Below, in pieces: positions 51,561-64,000 of a stretch of 64,000 nucleotides of DNA (position 1 is its first letter; each line of letters starts with the position of its first letter). The notes under the pieces were generated by a model. That model ran no database searches. It had not been told where the DNA came from and was given only the letters and a program-made list of their open reading frames with translations. The DNA is from Tubulanus polymorphus (taxonomy: Eukaryota > Animalia > Nemertea). Made by a program: the position numbers and the translations under genes. The stretch covers positions 88,001-152,000 of the forward strand of contig NW_027437438.1 in the NCBI RefSeq assembly GCF_964204645.1, written 5' to 3'.

Positions 51561-52999
51561 TTCCGTATATATGGGACCCGTACAAAACCGTCGCGACCTT
51601 TTATCATGACGAAATTATGTCGAACAAACGTGATATATCGCGATTTATCGACATAATTTAGTCGATATATCGTGTTAATATCACAATAAATCGTTATACG
51701 GATCACACCTTTCATCAATGTCGACGTCTGTATCTCAACATAACCGCATACCGTCGAAATAATTATCACTCCTTTAGCTAAAATGTCGTGATCAAATGGC
51801 AATTTATTCAGACAATATCGCAAAAAGTCAACATAAAAATCACGACATTTTAAATAAGGTCTTCCTAGTTACATCGATATATTGAGATAGTTAACCTAAT
51901 TTCAATAAAGGGACGCAAACTTAATGATGTTTAATGTTAGATGAATATGAAAGAAGAAATGAAGTTGGCAGAAAAATCAAAATGACTTTTATCATCACCA
52001 GAATCTGGTGGACATATTGAATGTTGGGGTTCAAGTAGAATGACCCCAAATGCTGGGGCACAATAATAGTGTTCGGTAAATGGTCGATGAACTAAATAGG
52101 TCATTCGCATCAATACTTTGTCACAATTGATTTGCGGTATATTTTGGATTACTGTGTATGTCATTTGTCAGGACATTAAACAGTAGACGACTTAGGATAC
52201 TACCTAGCGTGACTCCACTAGTTAGACCGACTTATTCCAAGATGAGGCGTTCCGTTGATTTTGGCTATAAGTTTTCGTTCAGAGATAACTGCTGAGCCAT
52301 TTGGGTGACCTATCATTGATACTGTTTCCTAATAGCCTGTTTAGTTAGTAATGGCTGATGTTGTGCCTTATCAAATGCTTTGTCGGAATCCACCGATGAA
52401 CAGGATTCTAAGACAGCAGAAAACCCGTTATAGCTGCTTTGCTATATTTTACATTTTTCTTCAACCAGAATTTATTCTTCATCATTTATAATGGAAAACA
52501 TGAAGATTTGATATACAAGTTGGAAAACTATCAAAAATAAAAATTGTCGTTTCGTCTTGAAAGTTTTATATAAATCCCTGTAGGTCACCTAGTCTATCAT
52601 GCCACATGTATGCAATACAGAGAAATGGCGGGCAATAGCGAAATTGGTGGAGAAATCAATTAATTTCTCAAAATAATGTTGATTAATCGCTTGAAACATA
52701 CATAAAATTGGATTATTTCAAAAGGTACCTGTGTTAGTTTGTGATTTAAGCCATTAATTCTGGACTGAAGTGAATAGAAAGTATATTTTTGAAGTGTTAC
52801 TTTTTTCAACTGTGTTTTGGCCCTTGTCATCCCTAACGTTGGTATAAGCCCATCCGATTATAAAAAGCTTACCACCAACGATTAGGTAACTAACTAGCTA
52901 GACGGTGGCACCACGATCTATTTCACGGTTACAGCAAGTCTCAGGCTACACATAGTTTCGTCAATAAGCAGCCCCGATAAGCAATCATTTTCAGGCTTC

Positions 53000-53997
53000 A
53001 TGCTTCTCTTAGCCCTTGTTCTAGCCACGGTAATTACAATCCTACGTATAATCACATCATGGCAGAGCCGACGGAAATACCGAATTAGGTAAGGTTTGTG
53101 ATTTAGTCCAGTTTTTAGATAAAAACGGATTTTCGAATAAATCAATTATATTCAATGAATAGTTTATTCAACAAGACCCGAAGTGTGTCTAGTGAACACA
53201 TTTAACTCTTCTGTTTGCCGAATGTAAAACAAAATCCTAGATATTGCAGTATTGAGAAAATTTCTAGAATTATTATTAGAAGTAATGTTTTAGAATTTTT
53301 CGGCTGATTTTTTCAGCCTAGCCTGATGCCGGTAATCTGGTAATTGAAATTCAGTTATTACATTTCTACTGCTGTCTTGCTTCTACTGCAATTCACATAA
53401 AACTACAGCATGTATGTAATGACCTGGGCTTTAGTCTTTCCTTTCTTTTAAATAAAGTGGTTGTCCTAGGTTCCTAAAAATACCTGGTTTAGGCTAGGCC
53501 GTGTCGAAAGCAAAATCCCTAGCCACCAATCTGTAACAAAATTCATTACTAGTGTTGAACTCCCAAAATTATGTTTGGTGTAGGCCTGCATGCCAGGGTA
53601 GAATAGTATCCAAACAGTAAAAAATTATTTTTTTCAGGAAGTGTGTTTTCAAACTAATTATTGACAGGGACACGGAGAAAAAATGTGTAATTATTAACTC
53701 ATCATACAAAGAATTACTACAGAAAGGTAAATACATAATATCGTGAATATGTGATGTATTAAATTCACCTGTGTCTAATAAGTACGAAAAATGTTAAATT
53801 TTTACTTTTTGGTGCAGCATGTGAAGTGAAATTAGTTTGCAGTGGACAGTTGTTAACCAAAGATAACACAATGGTTGACAGTGACTTTTATCATATTTTG
53901 GAAGATTTTTCTATTATCAATTTAGTCCCGGACGAGAATAATAATGACAAAAATGAATTCATTCAACTTGAAGCAACAAATTCAACAATTTCTCAAG
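53000..53997 (+). CDS. Three in-frame exons (53000-53088, 53638-53726, 53818-53997) encoding a CIDE-N/ubiquitin-fold-like fragment; gene or TE accessory exons
   Basis: Canonical GT-AG introns with matching phases (2, 1); ...RKCVFKLIIDRDTEKKCVIINSSYKELLQKACEVKLVCSGQLLTKDNTMVDSDFYHILEDFSIINLV... Confidence 0.5.
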
Positions 53998-54092
53998 GTA
54001 GGCAAGCTCATTGATTTGATAAAAATGCAAATTGAGATCATGTCAGAATAATTGATTATTAGTTGGGACACCTCAGAATCAAGATACCAATT

Positions 54093-54239
54093 TGTAACCC
54101 AAATATCAAGACATTAAATTGAAGCGTCTTCAAAACTTCCCAAAATAACTGGATTCTGTCTACGGACGGACGGACGCACACACGGACGAAAAGTGAACGC
54201 AATAGCCCGCTGGGACTAAAGTCCCAAGTGGGCTAAAAA
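54093..54239 (-). mobile_element. HINE family 1, 5' fragment
   Basis: Head hairpin and (GGAC)n identical in structure to 62460-62604. Confidence 0.8.
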
Positions 54240-55414
54240 CGGAGCTGATTTCACTTTCCCTGATTGATATTCTCGGAGCAATCCGTTTTTTGACTGACGC
54301 AGAGACCAATCTCAAAGTCGTTTGGTAAAATTATGAATTAATTGATTATAATTTGGGACACTTCAGAATCAAGATGGTGGTCATTTTTGTACGCCAGGGG
54401 ACTTGAATATTGAACAAGAGGCCCACGGGCCTTATACCTTCATGATGTAGTAGAAGAAGAAGATTCAGTATTCAAAGTTTTACAGAAAGTGACATTGTAA
54501 CGATGTAACAAGTTTTAAAATAGTTAAGATAGTATAGACTATGTGGCGATAATGTTCATTTTCTGTTAATATATCCTTACATGAGAAGACAAGCCCATTT
54601 TGGCTGCCCAAAAGATCACACTACATGAAAAAATGCATCAAGAATTGGTGTAGGCATCGTGCTGAAATGAAATCCAAGATGGATGGCAATCCTGGTGGCC
54701 ATACTTGAACTCAATTTTCAATAAGGGGTAGACATTTCACCTACCAAAATTCTTACACCTAGTATCATGAAAATGCATCAAGAATTGCAGGCCGTTTCAT
54801 GCTAGAAATTCAAGATGGCTGACCTGGCGGCCATATTTGAAAGCCGATGACCTCCAAATACTAATGGCATGGACAGCTTACCTACCCTGATCCTCACACC
54901 AAATTTTGTGATAAGCCATCAAGAATTGCAGGCTGCATCGTGGAAACAAGAAATTCAAGATGGCCACCTGAATGGCAGCCATATTTGATCACCAATGACA
55001 TTTTTTACAATAGGGTAGGATCTCGCCAGACCCAATCTTCAAGCTTATTTTCAAGAAGATTCATCGCTAATTACAGGCGAATTACTGTGTCGAATTCAAT
55101 TCAATTCAATTCCGGAGGGCCTGGCTTAGGCCTATACAATAGGAGTCAATTAAGATTCGACTTTTGAAAAACCAGCACAGATGCCTATTCAAATCACATG
55201 TTATTAAAAAATTTGGTGCTTCTTAGTTTGATGTCCCTATTTTCATCGTGCACGTGGTTAAAATTATTGTTTATATCGAACGTCTTCAACCGCACCCGCG
55301 TCTGTCAATCATCTTAATTGATTCATATACTAAAATGCCCGCTATGAATAAACTATGCCGTGAATCAATCCGGAATTTTCAGTAGAATGTCCGACACTAG
55401 GTACCTTTCTTTAA

Positions 55415-56036
55415 AGAGCATATGCCATCAAAATAGAATATTGTGTAAAATTCATTTTCAAATGTGATGTATTCACAAATATCAAATATGGAATTGATTT
55501 GAATTTTAGTTCACCCATTACTGAGAAATATGACTTTTAAATCGGAAATTTCAGCATGTGCTCACTGTTATTGTTTATCTTAGCAGGTGCGTGTTACTGA
55601 CGTCATCTCTGACAAACCCTCAAGGCTTCCAATCATTTCGCTAGACATTTCATGCGATATTTTATCGTTTTGGAGTGATTTGAATTAATAAACTCTTACC
55701 ATAGTATAGTGTTGCTACCGTATATAACATGATAATCGTATAAAAGTGAGTAGCGCTGTAGGTCAGTGAATACAGTGAACAAATGGTGTTTGTTTTATCG
55801 ATTATACATAGGCTACGCATACAAGCGCGCACACGTGCTTGTGTTGATTGTCATAGTTAACATCATAAATAGCGCCACCCGCGGGTTGAATATTAACTAT
55901 ACGCACGGAGTGAAGGATAAATAGATGACTATTCCGCTAACTATTACAGCTAATTTGTGCTCCTGTTTTCGATAAGTCACATCTCAGGTCGTTTTATGTA
56001 TACTAAAGTTTCTTCAATTTTGATGGCATTTGCCCT
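55415..56036. mobile_element. Kolobok-like MITE
   Basis: TTAA-AGAGCATATGCCATCAAAAT ... ATTTTGATGGCATTTGCCCT; right-hand TTAA displaced by 4 nt. Confidence 0.55.
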
Positions 56037-57073
56037 TTCTTTAAAGGTTAATTTGTTGTATGTCATTAACAATCAGTTATATAATACTTTATTCATAACT
56101 TTGAAGCGGCATATCGGCAGCGAACGCTCAAGCAAGGTCAGTCACGTAGGCCAACAATAGGAAACAGACCACAGTTTTGCCGGTTAAGAGCGTCTCTCCA
56201 CATAAATTAGGGGACTGAAATCGACCATTTGTTGACACTAACCTTTAATTATCAAGATAACTCAACCCTATAATTCCACTATTCAACGATCGACGCGCAG
56301 CTTAAACATGGCTCAGCCATTCAATATGCTAGCCAAGATGTATCTCTACACACATCAAAATCACACTTGAATTACAAGTGTTGACTTATGAGAAATGATT
56401 GAAATCTAGCAATTTGATATGGAAAATAGCATCACTATAATTGAAAAAAGTTAATAAACCACCTCCGATTGTCTAATCATTTAAAAGCTTTGCCTTCACA
56501 TGGAACTATTTCCGCCTTATCACAGGTGCACTTTGCCACCATGATTTGCCTACTCAAGGATAAAAACTTTCCCACGGTCTTACTATCAGCATTTTCTAAT
56601 AATTTAGGGAAATATTTTTTAAAAGTGAAATTTCACAGCTTATTATATACAATGGGGAACCAGCATACCAGCTATGCATTCCTGTCAGATGGCGCCACTA
56701 AGATATCAGAGGACCTCGATCAAAATTAGTTCATTTTCAAGTAAATTTGATCTCAATTTTCGGTCTTCAAATCCAAAAATTAGGCAAATCACTCATCTAA
56801 ATAAACTCGGATTAGGTTTAAGAATTCATGTGGCACGTTTTTCATTCTTCATGCATAGAATTTGAGACATAATTGTTAGATTTTAATTTGAGTTTGAGAC
56901 GAAATCCAGCGTCGACGTCGTACTGTACACTACCGAACCTGGCGCATTATGGTGGGATTCCGCTTGCCACAGTAGGATTGCCGGCACCCCATTTGCCTGT
57001 ACCTGGGATTTTCGTTGAATTTCGACCTGACATTGGATGAATATATCATGAAATAATTTCCCTGTATTTCCAG

Positions 57074-58990
57074 GTGAATGAAACATATCAATTTAAACGG
57101 AAGAAAAATGTTGTACAGAAAATAACAACCAGCGCAAGTCTCGTCAGTGAATTAAGATGTGCCCAACTAGGAGTGATTCCCGAGGAGAAATGAAACTTTT
57201 AAATAAAAAATTGAAAACAAAAATTGAGTTGAATTTAACTGAAGAAGCTGAAGCGGTACAAAAACTCTTATAGAAATGTTGCGATAGGAGGTTTGAATTG
57301 CGACTTGAAGAGAAAGATCTCCTAAAAAAACCAAGCAAAGCAAATCGTGATGCACGGCATAAGGCAAAGAAAGCCTCTTAAGCAACACGATTGTCAGCTA
57401 CTCCTTCATTGCTTGAGCCGTTATCTAGTAATGCTGATGATAGTGATAACAACTGCAGATGATACTTCCATTGTAACCGATGAATCTACTGATGATCATG
57501 CTGTTGAGATGACTTATCAAAGGGATGAAGAACAAGCAATGCCAGATATTCCAGTTGGGGGAGATCAGCTTATTGAAAGTGAAGTGGAGCCATTATTTGT
57601 GGACTCGGATAGTGAAGATGACAACAGTGACGATGATGATGACAATGATGATGATCGTCGAATTTAAACAAAGTTGACCATGTCATCGACGGAGGTTTGT
57701 CATGTCTTCAATCGCATCGATCATGCATCGTTTAACCAGAGGACCAACGAAAAAATGCTCACATAAAAAAACGTACCACGACATTACATGAATTGGCTCA
57801 ATGCCAACCTCATACTGCTGACAAAGGAAACCAAAAATGCTTAGACGGACAATATCGAAAGCGATAGGGGAGAGTGTTAGTCATGGTACTGTAGTCGAGC
57901 TATGCATACCACAAAATCGTTGTACTCGTTCCAGTGTTCGGTATCATGGAGCAACTAATATCCTTTCAAAAAGAGCGTGTAAAGGCTTCGACGTAAAAAT
58001 TAATATTGATGACCACTGGTCTAATGCTATGTATAGATCTTTGGATGCTCTTATGGAGAATGACAACACAAATATCTTCTACTTGAATCAGGATGATGCA
58101 GCTGAATTCCGCCTAAATACTCTCGCTACTTCAAGCCAGTTCAAAACACTGATGGTATCTGGCTCCGAAGAAAAGGGAATCCGCACAGATTTTATGAATC
58201 AGGAGCAATCTGTCTTACAAGTGACTTGTTACCATTTAACTAGATCTAGCTCGACGATGGATGATTATGCTGGCATTGTAAAATCACTAAAATTATTGGA
58301 TAAGTCGCTGTCTCTGCATGCCAACGATATCCGAATGCTAATGGAAATGCCTATTTCAGGCACGTCTTTTTTCGGTCCAATGATCAACAAAAAGAAATTG
58401 ATTGCATCAGAGTTGATGGTGGGGGATGAGAATCCAGCCCATAAAGAGCAGCAGTTCAATTGCGGTGAATTGCATCTGCTACAGAATATACTTGCAACAT
58501 TTGTGACCACTAGATATAGTGGCGGATCTTACCTTAATCAGGTAGAACACATGAACGGCAATTAACTCGCGCCCACCCAAATTTGTTTATTCCGTCCACG
58601 ATATTGGGTCCAAATAAAGACCCAGCAACTGGTGAAATAGATCTGGAACATGTTCATGCAAACAAGAAGACAGCTATTGATGTCTACATCGAAAGAGTTG
58701 GCAATGTGAATTGCAAGAATAATACAATAAAGCTTTTCAAAGCAGTCGGAAGTAGCGAAAATGTGGAACGTCGACCGTTTCTTTTAGAGTACCTAAAAGC
58801 TTCTGAGAAAAACAAAGAGTTATTGGAAGAAAAATATGCCAATGGTGGGGTGAATAGCCAAAGATTGGTCCATTTTGATAATGTTTTGAATGCCCACAAA
58901 GTGCCTAACAAAGTGACTAATACAGGTTTACTTCTAGACAGGGGTGGCGCTACTTTAGAGTTTCAATTTTTTTATTTCGGCAATATTTGA
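57074..58990 (+). pseudogene. Degenerate DDE transposase, Zator-like
   Basis: NQDDAAEFRLNT, RTDF, alternate-frame KEIDCIRVDGG joining DENP, VTTRYSGGSYLNQVE (N.VE catalytic-Glu context); many frameshifts. Superfamily call from memory of motifs only. Confidence 0.55.
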
Positions 58991-59434
58991 TTAACCAAGT
59001 AACAAAAATTCACCACATACGAACTCAACCTACTGTGTTTCATATTTAAGCGACTGTGAAAGTTTCAGACGCATACGTGGCCTTAAACGGACGTAATCGT
59101 TTGACGTGACGGATTTCACGATAACAATAGGACGACGTGTACTACGTACCGTCGTCCTAAAAACAATAGATTTTTTGGCCTTTTTATTAACATTATATGA
59201 ACATTTGACAATCAGTGACTTTTATCTATTCTTTCTTATTTCAGGGTCATGCATGATGAACTTCAAGGGGGTTAAGTCTAAGGAAGTTGAAGACTTAATT
59301 GGCGACTTCTGAAACATGCCCCTCATAGACCATGAAGGTCCAATTACGTTGCTAAAGTTAGTAAAAATTTCTTTTAAGTCCCTCAAAAAAGGCTATAACT
59401 TGTTTTTATGAACCAGTTTTCCTGGAATATGCTA

Positions 59435-59608
59435 CAGTAACTCTGCCCAAGTCAGATCCGAACAACACAGAAAACCATTAACCTTCGATGTTTTTTGAAA
59501 TATTTTTTGTTACAATAAATATAAAATATGTAACATCCAACTCGGATATCAGTTAAGTCGGAAACATTTTTACAATCCCAAAAGATCAGACTTGAGCAAA
59601 GTCTACTG
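59435..59608. mobile_element. Tc1/mariner-type MITE with TA TSD
   Basis: TA-CAGTAACTCTGCCCAAGTC ... GACTTGAGCAAAGTCTACTG-TA. Confidence 0.7.
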
Positions 59609-59884
59609 TATGGACTTCTGAACAAAGTGAATTACAATTATGAAAAGATGAGGTTATGATATTTAGTTTGTATTTTAGGAATCGAGAAAGCTGCCACCAG
59701 CTACTGGTATTGACGACGATAACGCACTGGAGGATTAAGGGAAAATTATTTCAATTTTATATATGTTTATATACATAGTTATTTAACAAAAGTAATGTAT
59801 AATTATTCAAATATTAACATTAGTTGTGGAAGGATTTTTTGGAGCTGGTGAAAGTGGACAGATATCGTTATAATGTGATGTCAT

Positions 59885-60098
59885 ACAAACGTTAAAGGAA
59901 CGTTTTTATCAAACTTAATGGTTGCAGAAAGGTTATGAAGTAACGTTCAGTGAATGTTATCAAAAGCATTCTGTGAACCTTAAAAAACATTTACAAGAAA
60001 ACATCATACAAACATTGTATGAACGTTAAACTCTAATGTTTAAACATGAGTGAAAAACTTCCAGAAAATGTTCTTTGAACGTTTTTTTGTTAGCTGGG
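59885..60098. mobile_element. MITE fragment ending TGTTAGCTGGG (CACTA/EnSpm-like end)
   Basis: AACGTT/AACATT-rich subterminal repeats and CCCAGCTAACA terminus on minus strand; other end not seen. Confidence 0.4.
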
Positions 60099-60839
60099 AG
60101 TACTCTTTGTACCAAGTTTAGCCAAAATAGGATAACGAAGATGTAGTGCTAGATATTATGAGCTACAATTTAACAATTTTCGGATTAATTGGTGGTAACA
60201 ATCTAAGTCGTTTCTGTCAAGCAAGTGAGTAATGATGCAAACGTGGCCTGAATCCGAGGGCCTGTGGCCGCCAATGTTCTGTATGCATCATATGCAAAGG
60301 TTGGTTTATGCAGATGATTTATAGTAGCCTCCTCTGATCCACCACTCCACTCCAGTCGGTATTGGCATTTTCTTCGAAACATAGTCTACATTAAACTAGC
60401 AATCCAAACCACAGTTGTCACTGTGTTACTCTGTACTTGGCAACTGATTATATCTTTGTTGTCGGTTAGCCTTCAAATGATTTTGTTTAAGTAATTAAAG
60501 GTAATAAATTACCCTTCCACTGGCATTTTACTACATAGATTTAATTGTTGGATAGGCAAAACTGGGGCCACTTGGATTTTGTGAACTTAGGTTGGCAGTG
60601 CAGTTTATTTACTGTATAAACAAGCATCGGCAGGATGGAGGTATTAATGTCGGGATTTATTGATTTTTGCGTACACAAGGTAGGACTACCAATATAAATG
60701 CGTACGTCATGCATACGAAAGGTAGGACCTCATAATTTTGGTCATTTTCATGCGTACGTACTTTATGGATGCTCCCTAATCATAATCATTGTTTTCAGAT
60801 TGCAATCACTTAACATCGTTCAACGCGTTTTAGCCGTTA

Positions 60840-62604
60840 AATTAGGGGTCCAGGGACACCATGCCCACTTGGGAAGTTCAACGCTCCCTCGTGACCATGC
60901 ACAAAAACCAAATGACTTTGAAACTCACCACAATCATAGCACATGTCAGCAACTACAATTTTGTAATTGATTATGATAACAAAATAGGGCATATGGAAAT
61001 ATTAAGTTATTCTACTATTCAACCCCCCTGGTGACCATGTTCAAAACCCAATGAACTTGAAACTCATCGCAATCATAGAACATGTCATGAACTAAACATT
61101 TCAATTGATCATGGTAACAAAATTAGCCTAGGTACCAATATAAGGAAATATATATGAGGAAATACTAAGTTATTATACTATTCAACCCCCCTGGTGGCCA
61201 TATAGAATAACTAATGTCCTTAAAACTCACCACAATCATAAACGATGTCATGAGCTACAACTTTGCAATTGATTGTGATAACAAAATATGCATTGGTACT
61301 GTAACCGTCGATCTGTGAAGGTAAACCCGGTTCTCCGCCATCTGTAACCGCCTGGTTGTTGTATCAGCAGGCTGGCTGGGGAACTAGCATTTACACCAGC
61401 GGTACAGGATTCCATCCATCAGGAACAACAAGGCAGTTAAACCTTATATGTACAATCTTTATTGCATCGCGGAATGAGAATAATTATGATTACTTTACAT
61501 AGTCTTTATATACAGAATCATGAGTATAATGTGAGAACTAGGTGTCAGACAAGTTGCAGACATCAGGACTCAAAAACTAACACCTAGTGACATGTTTGAG
61601 AGACACAAATTAATTAATGATGAGCCCCGACTAAAGCTAATTACTTTGAATACATATTGAGTAGTCTGACATGTTTATTACGATAAAGCACATATTGATA
61701 CAATATTCATAAGTTATATTACATTATTAATACTAAAATTATTATTATTAAGCATTTCATGTAGTTAAAGATATGAAATATTATGAACCATTCGATATGA
61801 CATTGTGGATATAGATGATTACGAAATATGCAACTTATATCAGGGTGATAGTACAAATATCATATAGAAATACTAAGATATTGTGTTATTCAACGCCCCC
61901 TAGTGGCCATACAAAAACCAATGACCTGGAAACTCATGACAATCATGAAACACGTTATAAGCTGCAACTTTCTAAATCATTGTGGTAACAAAATAAGCTT
62001 AGGCATCAATATAATGTCAAAAACCTTTTCCCAACTAGGAATGAGTACTGATGACACAAAGATGGCCGCCAATTGCGTCATAATTGGCTGATCAAAAATA
62101 CCTCAGGTATAAAACATCCCTTTCCAAAGAATACCCATCAGCAATTGCAATGACAAATGGCAAACCAGTAGGAAGCTACAGGACTAAGAATTCTGGCCAA
62201 AATTGACATTTTTGGGCACAAAAAGGTCATAGGACGGCCATCTTGAGTCTGATTGACCAAATTTATGCTGATGGGCCCTGGGGGGATTCAATTATATAAG
62301 AAAGATCAAGGTAATTGATCAAATCGTCTTCAAAATTTCACTCAAAAAGGTCAAAAACTTGTAACAGGTGCTGATTTTGGCGAACAACAATGGCTGCCAG
62401 TCGGCCATCTTGATTCAGACAGGGCCAGTTTTTGGGCTGAAGTGCCTAGGGTAGATACACGTGTAACCCAAATATCAAGATATTAAATTGAAGCGTCTTC
62501 AAAACTTCCCAAAATAACTGGATTCTGTCTACGGACGGACGGATGAACGGACGAAAAGTGAACGCAATAGCCCGCTGGGACTGAAGTCCCAAGTGGGCTA
62601 AAAC
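60840..62604 (-). mobile_element. HINE family 1, complete copy interrupted by a solo LTR
   Basis: 3' hairpin GGGGTCCAGGGACACC + GCCCACTTGGG at 60845-60873, ~155-bp repeats, core, (GGAC)n, head ...CCCAAGTGGGCTAAAA. Confidence 0.88.
61300..61850 (-). mobile_element. Solo LTR of the 42364-44691 family
   Basis: Colinear with those LTRs, more diverged; 4-bp TSD GTAC (61296-61299, 61851-61854). Confidence 0.93.
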
Positions 62605-63572
62605 AGAGCTGATTTCACTTTCCCTGATTGATATTCTCAGAGCAATCCATTTCTTGACTGACGCAGACACCAAACTCAAGGTCATTGGGTAAAATTATGA
62701 ATTTAGGAATTATTAATAAACAAATGGCGAACCCTTTATCTAGTTCGGTGTCTGTATTTTCAGTTCGGTGTCTGTATTTTCATCGCAAGATTAATTCGAC
62801 GAATACATCTAAAAAAATTCTAGCAAACGTTGTCAGAGCGCAATAATGATAATACATTTTTTGTAAAAAATTAAGTGGATAAATAATAATCGACGATTGC
62901 AAGAGAGTTTTCTGTGAAACAACGGAAAACCCTAATGATTACTTTAATCTCAGCAAGCAATGATATAACAACGTAGTACATACCTTCAAAAATGCTGCAG
63001 CATTACAACAGTCACCCCCTACATTTGTCATAGCTATATTAGTTAGATCGGCTAATTCTGACTTCTTCACTTGTTGGGTATAGAATTCCCACAATGGCAT
63101 TCGCCAAACACGATCACCAGACTTAATTCCAGCCTAAAAAAGTTTTGCCAAAACATAACATGGATAATTTGTGTTTCGAAATGTACCATTTTCTACAGGA
63201 TTAGATCTAGACAACTGGAGAACATTAACATCAATATCTACAAAGAGAAAGCTAATAAAAACTTCTGGACTATTTAAAGGTGAAAATAAATTGCCCATGG
63301 GCAAAGTGTGGTTTACTTTGAAAGCTAGAGGTTGTTTGGAATAAGGGCATTGCTTGAAAAATCTTTTCAATTCGTGACTTCAAAGTTCCACAAGTTTATA
63401 TTGTATTTTATCTTTCTTAAAGAATTATTTTGTAGTCAAATAAGACCAAAGATATAGATTTGGTTACAGTCCACGTCCAAAAGTTTGTAGGGTACAGGTA
63501 GGCGCGGCAGGGAAACTATTCTATATTTTCAAAAAAAATATGTTTCACAATATGAAAAAAATATTCAAATAA

Positions 63573-63862
63573 GGCCATCCCAAAATAATTGTCTGTTTGC
63601 CGTAACACCGGCTCAACTTTTCATGATGAGTCCGTAGGTAGGAAAACTTCAATTAGGCCACATTGACAAGGCATGTTTTCAGACGACGCAAACTTGAATT
63701 CAAACATATGTAGCTCATACATCGGCAGTGGGTCGGTCGGTCGGCCATTTTTATCAAAAATAAAATTTATTTCAATGAATCCCAGGAAAAAAGTTTTCAC
63801 TCGGTACCTTTGAAGTCGGGTCAGTCGGGTTACGGCAAACAGACCATTAATATGGGATGGCC
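63573..63862. mobile_element. MITE with 34-bp TIRs and TAA TSD (Zator- or Harbinger-type)
   Basis: TAA-GGCCATCCCAAAATAATTGTCTGTTTGCCGTAAC ... GTTACGGCAAACAGACCATTAATATGGGATGGCC-TAA. Confidence 0.85.
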
Positions 63863-64000
63863 TAAAATTCATATGATGTCACATATCAGAGGGTGGCTGA
63901 ATATTGGGTCTTGGAAACCTCTTCCAATGTTGGTCGCGGAAGTTAAAATACCGGTATAGAAGAAATTGGCTATTAGATCGTTTTAAATCCTGGAATTTAC

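Larger units (their letters stand above)
48885..52450 (+). mobile_element. HINE family 2, copy B, head-to-tail with copy A
   Basis: 48885-49745 matches 41681-42363 + 44696-44880; satellite at 50212-50923; 52140-52450 matches 48575-48884. Confidence 0.78.

Overview
This is an AT-rich, intron-containing metazoan (invertebrate, lophotrochozoan-like by repeat style; organism not identifiable) genomic window made almost entirely of nested, mostly decayed transposable elements. I found no intact host gene, RNA gene or CRISPR array. Contents: four Ty3/Gypsy remnants, a non-autonomous LTR element with both LTRs, TSD, an in-window empty site and a solo LTR, a LINE RT remnant, Harbinger/PIF pieces (DDE nuclease and a MADF-containing MITE), a large spliced Mutator-like locus next to a PHD + vertnin-like OTU protease gene, an SGNH-hydrolase pseudogene bracketed by 41-bp direct repeats, a Zator-like transposase remnant, several MITE families, and at least three Helentron-associated (HINE/DINE-1-like) families carrying satellite arrays. 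Best leads: the possible multi-exon PHD-OTU-MULE element (~6-13.3 kb), an LTR whose U5 end is built from tandem 43-bp 'PBS + LTR end' units, three in-frame exons encoding a CIDE-N-like domain, and HINE arrays with phased CTCF-consensus motifs. Family assignments come from motif recognition by eye, not from database searches.
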